64,000 bases of DNA from an uncultured virus (IMG/VR IMGVR_UViG_3300009370_000022) (taxonomy: Duplodnaviria; Heunggongvirae; Uroviricota; Caudoviricetes). The DNA lies in IMG/VR virus record IMGVR_UViG_3300009370_000022; one strand, written 5' to 3'. Position numbers and translations under genes: made by a program. The notes under the pieces were generated by a model. That model was not told the DNA's origin, ran no database searches, and saw only the letters and a program-made list of their open reading frames with translations. Below are positions 58,310 through 64,000 of the stretch, piece after piece (position 1 is the stretch's first letter; each line of letters opens with the position of its first letter).

Positions 58310-58915
58310 ATGGGCGTACCAAAAAGACTCACAGATCAGCAAAAAAGATTCTCAGAATTATATGTATATAACGAAGGAAGAATGACTCCTTATGAATGTG
58401 CTAAAGAGGCCGGTTATGCCGAAGACTCAGCTCGAGTTAGAGCTAGTGAATTAAGAAATCCCAAAAGATTTCCATTAGTAGTAAAATATATTGGAGAGTT
58501 AAGAGAGGAAGTACAAAATAAATATGAAGTCACATTCGAAAAACATATTAAAGAACTTGCAAGACTTAGAGAAGAAGCTCTCAAGAAAGGTAGCTTCTCA
58601 TCAGCTGTTAACGCAGAAGTCGCTAGAGGAAAAGCTGGAGGCTTATACATTGAACAAAAAATTATTAAAACTGGTAAACTGGAAGATATGACTGAGCAAG
58701 AATTAGAACAGAGAATGAAAGAAATTGTAGATCAGTATAGTCCAATACTAGACGCGAAACCTCTTGAACAACTTAAGAAAGAAGTTAAAGCAGGTCCTGC
58801 ACCACTCCTGAAAAAATTGCCAGATACAACATATGAAGATACCACAGCAGTAGAGAAGAGCACCAACAATCATCAAGGGGATGAGGACAAAAACGTAAAA
58901 AATATTACCCATTAG
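58310..58915 (+). CDS. terS: Terminase small subunit
   Basis: LTDQQKRF..LY, CAKEAGY..SARVRASEL HTH, AVNAEVARGK..GLY. Confidence 0.8.
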   Translation: MGVPKRLTDQQKRFSELYVYNEGRMTPYECAKEAGYAEDSARVRASELRNPKRFPLVVKYIGELREEVQNKYEVTFEKHIKELARLREEALKKGSFSSAVNAEVARGKAGGLYIEQKIIKTGKLEDMTEQELEQRMKEIVDQYSPILDAKPLEQLKKEVKAGPAPLLKKLPDTTYEDTTAVEKSTNNHQGDEDKNVKNITH

Positions 58916-59202
58916 ATCTTCTGAATTTTTTTAACAACCGATATTGGAATCATAGTTCTATCTCCAAATGTGAAAGTACCATCATCTTCTCGATCATAAC
59001 TTGCAAACAATTTAATTGCATGTCTATCTTTGTTATATAACCAACCTTCATTCACTGGAAAACTTAATCTCATCTTATCAAATTCTTTATCACTGGCCCA
59101 GCCCGAATCGCTCAAAATATCGATCCACTCCACTCGGACTTTAGGAAAAGGTACTTCGGGAGTTGAATGAGTGACGACTTGTTTTCTTCTTTTCTTAGGC
59201 AT
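58912..59202 (-). CDS. Conserved phage protein
   Basis: VEWIDI...GW...GWL...TMIP; start at MPKKRR. Confidence 0.7.
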   Translation of the reverse strand: MPKKRRKQVVTHSTPEVPFPKVRVEWIDILSDSGWASDKEFDKMRLSFPVNEGWLYNKDRHAIKLFASYDREDDGTFTFGDRTMIPISVVKKIQKI

Positions 59203-59347
59203 ACTAGCTGTTAACATAGACTGCGACACCTATAAAGGAAAAATTTTTTTTCGCTGCGCTAAAAAATAAAAAAATAAAAAGGTGTCGAATTTCTCCTGAA
59301 AATCTCCTAGAACCCTTGGTATACAACACTAATACGTGAAATAGGGG

Positions 59348-59529
59348 GGGTGTCGGAAGGGTGTCGGAAGGGTGTCGGCAAAGTGTCGAAGTGTCGACAT
59401 TTTGTGGCAGAATTGTGGCAAAAAGATGGCCAAAGTGCCTTATTTGTACACTTCTGTCGCAGTTTGCCAAAAAGTGCGACACCTCCCCGACACCCTCCCG
59501 ACACCCTCCCGACACCCTAAGTGTCGAAG
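59348..59529. repeat. Inverted arrays of 11-bp iteron-like repeats (candidate origin)
   Basis: GTGTCG at 59350/59361/59372/59383; CGACAC at 59477/59488/59499/59510. Confidence 0.85.
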
Positions 59530-59530
59530 T

Positions 59531-60199
59531 TTAGGCTACTTGTTTGTTGTACATATCCAGGCGGTGAAGCCACTTGTGCTTCCAACTTCGGAGATCCGAG
59601 TCTTGGATTTTGAATTCTTGGTAGTATAAATCTGGAGTGCAGATCATGATAACGCCCTGTCTAATTTCAGATCTATACACATAGTCATGGGCCATGGCGT
59701 ATGCAGCAATTTGTAAGAAATAGTCATCGATCCAATCTTTATTCTTGGGACGATTAGCCTGCTTAAAATCTACAATAGTATCTAAACCGTTATGATTACA
59801 TACCAAGTCAGTACTGCCAGCATATAACCCAGGATAATGCAACGTGACTTCCGAGCCGTAATACTCTTCAACAGGCGCAAGACCAATCTCAATAATTTTA
59901 TTGGCCATGGCTTTCGCCTTTTGTCCGAGCCCTGTAAGATCATCGTAGCCAACTCCTTGGATATGAGACTCAAGGAACTTGTGCATACTAGTCCCTCGCT
60001 TGCTAGATAGATTCTTAATTGATTCGGCTTTTTCATGTCCAACTTTATTTTTCCAGGCGGTTAGATACTCCTGATTTTTAGTTTTTGCAAGTATTGTTGT
60101 GACTGAAGGTAATTTTTCTCCTGCTACATCATAGCTCCGTGAGCCGTGTTCCGTGGACCGTGATCCCTGCACGTACTTATACCGATCACTCTTCTTCAT
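59531..60199 (-). CDS. PD-(D/E)xK exonuclease
   Basis: PSVTTIL, RGTSMH, YAGSTD, IVDFK, QIAAYA. Confidence 0.88.
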   Translation of the reverse strand: MKKSDRYKYVQGSRSTEHGSRSYDVAGEKLPSVTTILAKTKNQEYLTAWKNKVGHEKAESIKNLSSKRGTSMHKFLESHIQGVGYDDLTGLGQKAKAMANKIIEIGLAPVEEYYGSEVTLHYPGLYAGSTDLVCNHNGLDTIVDFKQANRPKNKDWIDDYFLQIAAYAMAHDYVYRSEIRQGVIMICTPDLYYQEFKIQDSDLRSWKHKWLHRLDMYNKQVA

Positions 60200-60273
60200 G
60201 CATCAATATTATTCTCTTACGCCAGGCCCAGTCACCAAGATGATGAGACTTCTCCTGAATCCATTTTAAAATA

Positions 60274-60399
60274 TTAAGTTTTATTTTTTTTATCATTTTT
60301 TTTATTAAAAATTTCTTTCCATCTCTTACGATAGGTTTCAGTAGAAACTCGAGACTTGCCGTCCCACTTTCTTCCCTTACTTCTTCGTTTCTCGCTCAC
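60274..60399 (-). CDS. Small basic protein (41 aa, GTG start)
   Basis: ...KWDGKSRVSTETYRKRWKEIF; read by hand. Confidence 0.5.
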   Translation of the reverse strand: MSEKRRSKGRKWDGKSRVSTETYRKRWKEIFNKKNDKKNKT

Positions 60400-60613
60400 T
60401 TAATTTCCTACCAATTATATTCTCAACCAAGTCTCCATACTTTTTATTTAGGCTGATTTGCGTGATAGATTTAATAATATCCTGCTTCAATTTAGGTAAT
60501 GTTTTCAAGGATTTAGAAACTCTTTCCTTATTTTGTCGAACAGATTCTTTATAAGATTCTGCCAGTTCCTTTTTTTCTTTTTCCGCTTCTTCTAAAAAAT
60601 CTTTTTCAATCAT
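60377..60613 (-). CDS. Hypothetical protein
   Basis: In the operon; ATGA coupling. Confidence 0.6.
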   Translation of the reverse strand: MIEKDFLEEAEKEKKELAESYKESVRQNKERVSKSLKTLPKLKQDIIKSITQISLNKKYGDLVENIIGRKLSERETKK

Positions 60614-60693
60614 AATACAACTATTAACATATACAAAGAAAGAAGAGTCATCAACCCTAGAAATGTAAAGACCATTATAAAAATTTTATTCAT
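60610..60693 (-). CDS. Tiny single-TM peptide (27 aa)
   Basis: MNKIFIMVFTFLGLMTLLSLYMLIVVL; ATGA overlaps at both ends. Confidence 0.6.
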   Translation of the reverse strand: MNKIFIMVFTFLGLMTLLSLYMLIVVL

Positions 60694-61124
60694 CGAGGCT
60701 CTATTCCTCTTATTTGTCGTTCTGCTTCTAGGTCTACTACATTATCCCCAAGATCCTGAATATTAGGTTCGTAATGATCTATAATTTGTTCTACCTTGTG
60801 GAGTTTAACCCGAGAGTACGGCCATATTAATTTAGCAACATACAAAGCGTCTCGGTGAGCCACTCGCCATCGCCATTGTCGTTTATAACCCTTCTTAACT
60901 TTACGTTCACCAAAGGAGCCACATTGAAACAATTCATGACACCATTTAATAACTTCCTTATCAGTCATAGCCATTTCCATTCTAACAACCCAGACCTTAT
61001 GAACTGGTTTGCCTGGTCGCTTATGCTTCATCTGGTCCATTCTTTTAATGTAAACGGATCCTTCGCCATCAAACAGTCCAGCAAAATAAGCTATATCATT
61101 TGTAGTAAGTGGTGACTCTTCCAT
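60690..61124 (-). CDS. Single-motif LAGLIDADG endonuclease-like protein
   Basis: YFAGLFDGEGS, MTDKEVI, WRWRV, PY..VK. Confidence 0.85.
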   Translation of the reverse strand: MEESPLTTNDIAYFAGLFDGEGSVYIKRMDQMKHKRPGKPVHKVWVVRMEMAMTDKEVIKWCHELFQCGSFGERKVKKGYKRQWRWRVAHRDALYVAKLIWPYSRVKLHKVEQIIDHYEPNIQDLGDNVVDLEAERQIRGIEPR

Positions 61125-61281
61125 CTTTATCTCTCTTTCTGTCTGGCCATTTTAATTTTAATACTAATATATCAGGATCATAAAAATCCCCCGAAACAAT
61201 TCTAATTTCATGACCATCTTTGATACTATCACTCCAGTATCGGATATAATCTTTAATAACTATTTCTTTTTTTCTAGACAT
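61096..61281 (-). CDS. Hypothetical protein
   Basis: Fills the operon gap. Confidence 0.5.
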   Translation of the reverse strand: MSRKKEIVIKDYIRYWSDSIKDGHEIRIVSGDFYDPDILVLKLKWPDRKRDKDGRVTTYYK

Positions 61282-61835
61282 ATTTTAGTTTCTCCGGCTT
61301 CAATTGTTTTAAAGTCATACAGTGTTAAAGCATAAGCAATAACACTCATTTCATAGTGAGTATGATCATCGAATATAAATCTCGTTCCGCGTCTACTTCT
61401 ATTAGCGAACCAGATCGCTTCGGTCATGACATCTTTACTTAGGTGGGGACCATCGAAGAAAACTAAATCAAACGGTCCCATCTCTGGGTGACTATTCATA
61501 AATTTAATATCGGTCATGTGATGAAACTTAAATTCTGGATAATTTTTAAAATCTATTTCCATTTGTTGACGCATGTCATCAGTATAATCGGCAGTGTACG
61601 AAGGTGAATCATCGTAGTGTTTATACTTAAGATTGTTATAAGGATCGATAGCTATATGTTTATAGGGAATTCCAGGAAGTCTTGCCTTGATTCCATCCAT
61701 AATAATCTTAGATCCTAATCCTTCACGCACACCAATTTCACAAGTTAAAACTTGTGCTGGTGATTCACTATAAAAAGGTACTGTCTTTACCCATTCAGTG
61801 AGTAATTCATATTCTTTACTATCACCGCTTATCAT
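61260..61835 (-). CDS. Class I SAM-dependent methyltransferase
   Basis: EIGVREGLGS, IDPY, FDLVFFDGPH, IFDD. Confidence 0.85.
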   Translation of the reverse strand: MISGDSKEYELLTEWVKTVPFYSESPAQVLTCEIGVREGLGSKIIMDGIKARLPGIPYKHIAIDPYNNLKYKHYDDSPSYTADYTDDMRQQMEIDFKNYPEFKFHHMTDIKFMNSHPEMGPFDLVFFDGPHLSKDVMTEAIWFANRSRRGTRFIFDDHTHYEMSVIAYALTLYDFKTIEAGETKICLEKKK

Positions 61836-61935
61836 TTTGTATTATCCATTTCAGTGTTGAAGTAGTGGGATCCAACCCATCAAAATGTTTACTGCAGCTT
61901 AGTAGCATCACCTGTAACAGGATCAACATAATCAT
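61822..61935 (-). CDS. Small lipoprotein-like peptide
   Basis: MIMLILLQVMLLSC lipobox-like N-terminus. Confidence 0.45.
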   Translation of the reverse strand: MIMLILLQVMLLSCSKHFDGLDPTTSTLKWIIQNDKR

Positions 61936-62110
61936 CAGGTTTAATAGACGGGGGCTCATATATATAAAATTCTCCTTCCGAATCACAGTCCCAACATTGG
62001 TGGACATTAGACTCCTTTGGATCTTCTTCATCCTTTATTTTCACATAGCCATTGCCATTACACGTAGAACAAATGGCCTTGTGAATTCTATTTGCTTTTA
62101 TTTTTGCCAT
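61889..62110 (-). CDS. DnaJ-type zinc-finger protein
   Basis: CSTCNGNG and CWDCDSEG. Confidence 0.75.
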   Translation of the reverse strand: MAKIKANRIHKAICSTCNGNGYVKIKDEEDPKESNVHQCWDCDSEGEFYIYEPPSIKPDDYVDPVTGDATKLQ

Positions 62111-62261
62111 TTAACTTTTTGGCTTTCTCATTAGCAATTTGCTCAATGGTTTTACTGATTGATAACTTTGCATCAGGTAATAAAACCTTCGACAAACTAA
62201 TCAATGTCTTGTATGTTTCGTGTGTTAACGAAACATTTCTATATTTGGTAATATCAGTCAT
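62088..62261 (-). CDS. Ribbon-helix-helix-like DNA-binding protein
   Basis: YRNVSL..ETY..L...LSISKTIE; AAAGGA RBS. Confidence 0.6.
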   Translation of the reverse strand: MTDITKYRNVSLTHETYKTLISLSKVLLPDAKLSISKTIEQIANEKAKKLNGKNKSK

Positions 62262-62285
62262 AGTTCCTTTCATTTATTTCTGATG

Positions 62286-62315
62286 ACTATATAGGATTAA
62301 ACTGGGTATTGTCAA
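62286..62315 (-). promoter_or_regulatory. Promoter upstream of the RHH-like gene
   Basis: TTGACA with TATATA (16) or TATAGT (18); contains a TAGGAT box. Confidence 0.55.
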
Positions 62316-62316
62316 G

Positions 62317-62562
62317 ATGAAATTTATATTAAGTATGATTATTTGCACAAGTGTTTATAATACTTGTTTATCACCCCATCCAATGCCTGATTTATATGGC
62401 TCCTACTATAATTGTATAATAGCTGGATATGAAGAATCCCTTAGGAAAGCTAAGGAGATAGGGGCTCCAGAGATTAATAAGTATGGAATCGTTATAAAAT
62501 TCTATTGTTTACCCCTGGAACAACATGAAAAAAAAATTGACATAAAGGTGGATACGTGGTAG
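62317..62562 (+). CDS. Small Cys-containing protein
   Basis: Hydrophobic N-terminus, four Cys. Confidence 0.55.
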   Translation: MKFILSMIICTSVYNTCLSPHPMPDLYGSYYNCIIAGYEESLRKAKEIGAPEINKYGIVIKFYCLPLEQHEKKIDIKVDTW

Positions 62563-62615
62563 GGCTCAGTTTTCCCTTCACACCCGTCAAAACTATTCTT
62601 GTTGCGATGGGTTTA

Positions 62616-62828
62616 TTATCTACAAATACATCCAAAAAAATCACCACTACCATCATTCATCACGTGAGCGTTGATAGAGTCAGTATATGTTGTTAATTTT
62701 AACCTTAAAATCTCACACAATTCAAAACAATTAACTGGACTCATTAACTCTATGCCAGCCGTGAGTTGTTTTGTTACGGGTACGAGATGGTACAGGCCAT
62801 CAGTTAAGATGATTAGATCCATTCTCAA
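62616..62828 (-). CDS. Hypothetical protein
   Basis: CFELC...GCIC; ATGA overlap. Confidence 0.6.
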   Translation of the reverse strand: MRMDLIILTDGLYHLVPVTKQLTAGIELMSPVNCFELCEILRLKLTTYTDSINAHVMNDGSGDFFGCICR

Positions 62829-63007
62829 TCTCGTGCATCATATCTTTTGGTGCCCTGATTTATAATTTTTTTATAACGAGCAGTGCTTATTTCTAATTTA
62901 GCAAAAGGTTTCCATGCTTGTTTTATCAAATTTAATTCAAGAACCAAGGCAGACCATTGCTTGGGTGTAATATTTTTACTTTTTATTATTAACTTTTTCT
63001 CTTTCAT
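62825..63007 (-). CDS. Hypothetical protein
   Basis: Start moved to MKEKKL, 6 nt after the -10 box. Confidence 0.6.
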   Translation of the reverse strand: MKEKKLIIKSKNITPKQWSALVLELNLIKQAWKPFAKLEISTARYKKIINQGTKRYDARD

Positions 63008-63013
63008 AACTGA

Positions 63014-63042
63014 TATATAGGATATCAGAGGATATTTGTCAA
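63014..63042 (-). promoter_or_regulatory. sigma70-like promoter
   Basis: TTGACA-17-TATATA. Confidence 0.7.
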
Positions 63043-63182
63043 CGTCCTTTTCTACCTTTTCCACGATATTTTCCCATTCTTTTTTCGTGCTTATTTCTAC
63101 GTTTTTTATGCCTTCCAGGCCTTTTTCTAGGCTGGTCGCGTAGAGGTTTAGTAACTATTCCGAATTTAGCTCTGCGGCCCAT
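63039..63182 (-). CDS. Very basic 47-aa protein, not in the ORF track
   Basis: MGRRAKFGIVTKPLRDQPRKRPGRHKKRRNKHEKRMGKYRGKGRKGR. Confidence 0.6.
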   Translation of the reverse strand: MGRRAKFGIVTKPLRDQPRKRPGRHKKRRNKHEKRMGKYRGKGRKGR

Positions 63183-63396
63183 CTTTTGGTAGAGAAGGTT
63201 TACTACACATAATAGGTAAATAACTTATTTTGCCATTAATATATTGTCTACAATCAGCACCACACGTTGTGCATCTAAATATTTCTGGAGTAAGAGATAC
63301 AAAAATACTTAATTCCGTGCAATGAGGGCAAGTCCCATTAGTGACTTGAGCTTCCACATTTATTTTACTTCCGAAGGGTCCTTGTCCGAATGCCAT
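63166..63396 (-). CDS. Zinc-ribbon protein
   Basis: CPHC...FRCTTCG. Confidence 0.7.
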   Translation of the reverse strand: MAFGQGPFGSKINVEAQVTNGTCPHCTELSIFVSLTPEIFRCTTCGADCRQYINGKISYLPIMCSKPSLPKDGPQS

Positions 63397-63494
63397 CTTT
63401 TTTTCCTATTATATGCTTTCTTATTCTTTACCACAAGTTGACGGTAACGTCTATCTCTTAAAAACTTTGCTATTGGATTTTTCTTTTTAGTCAA
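63360..63494 (-). CDS. ArfA-like small basic protein (44 aa, TTG start), not in the ORF track
   Basis: MTKKKNPIAKFLRDRRYRQLVVKNKKAYNRKKRW... Confidence 0.55.
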   Translation of the reverse strand: MTKKKNPIAKFLRDRRYRQLVVKNKKAYNRKKRWHSDKDPSEVK

Positions 63495-63702
63495 GGATTA
63501 ATGAGAGAATTTTCTTCTCGCCCATATATATCTCGGTCTTAGCCTTAGATTTTATGCATTTATAGACCACTCTATCTGTTGGCTTCTTGTCCCTCATCGA
63601 TATACGCTTGGCCTTAAGGCATTTGGAGAGGCTGGGCTGGATACGATGTTCTTTAATTTCATGGTCCCAGATTAAAAGCAGGGCGAACACAGTCTCTATC
63701 AT
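63487..63702 (-). CDS. Hypothetical protein
   Basis: ATGA overlap; GGAGG RBS. Confidence 0.65.
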   Translation of the reverse strand: MIETVFALLLIWDHEIKEHRIQPSLSKCLKAKRISMRDKKPTDRVVYKCIKSKAKTEIYMGEKKILSLILD

Positions 63703-63999
63703 TGATGACCTCCATTTCCATTAGCAAATGTTCTTTGCTTATCTTTTAATTTTTCAATGTCAGATAATATCTTCTCTACGTCTTTTTGTAAACGTTCTAT
63801 GTTAACGGTATTTGACATCATATCCTCCATCGAAGATTCTATTTTTTCTACTTGCCCACTCATATGTTCGATCAACATGAACTGCTCAGAATCAGCGGGG
63901 TAAGGATCCGAGTAATCCACGAGGCCATCCGATACGGAAAGCTGTGTTTTCTACGAGATCCTTCTCCATTAGTTCTAGTTTTGTTGAGTGTCGATTTTG
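63699..63999 (-). CDS. Coiled-coil protein, 5' end outside the window, apparent +1 frameshift at 63897-63900
   Basis: ...ENTAFRIGWPRGLLGSLP joins ADSEQFMLIE if one C of CCCC is removed. Confidence 0.55.
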
Positions 64000-64000
64000 C

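Noticed and set aside
59204..59629. Three overlapping ORFs (103, 65 and 85 aa)
   Set aside because: They are translations of the GC-rich iteron repeats, with no RBS or protein-like composition.
1..64000. Prophage or host-derived segment
   Set aside because: No integrase, att-like tRNA or housekeeping genes; the content is phage-like throughout.

Overview
The whole window is an AT-rich, apparently near-complete tailed dsDNA phage genome segment; both ends cut through ORFs. By gene content and order it resembles marine SAR11 podophages of the HTVC023P/vSAG 37-F6 type. That is an inference from recalled protein motifs, not a database result. Layout: a replication module at 0.3-8.8 kb (PolA, DUF3310, UvrD, Prim-Pol, SSB-like, SNF2); an M15 endolysin; ejection/internal virion proteins; two glycosyltransferases; a tail nozzle; four 2OG-Fe(II) oxygenases; Gly-rich adhesin-like proteins; head-tail genes, capsid, scaffold, GroES, holin and portal; three large multi-domain proteins; TerL; a promoter-dense early island containing a roughly 480-nt structured non-coding region; TerS on the opposite strand; an iteron-like origin candidate; and small genes. 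Most notable signals: (1) a recurring hydrophobic-x-x-G-G(-R-V/I-G) motif in nine proteins that delimits effector-like modules (ART-like, HExxH, HNH-like, internal Tat signal), a candidate cargo-loading or processing system; (2) a multi-hairpin ncRNA with twin CUGAUCCC-U...U-GGGAUCAG stems; (3) an unannotated ArfA-like peptide together with several leaderless-type promoters; (4) pseudoknotted leaders and 7-bp- and 11-bp-phased DNA repeats. I found no CRISPR array, tRNA, integrase or reverse transcriptase. All functional calls come from motif recognition by eye.
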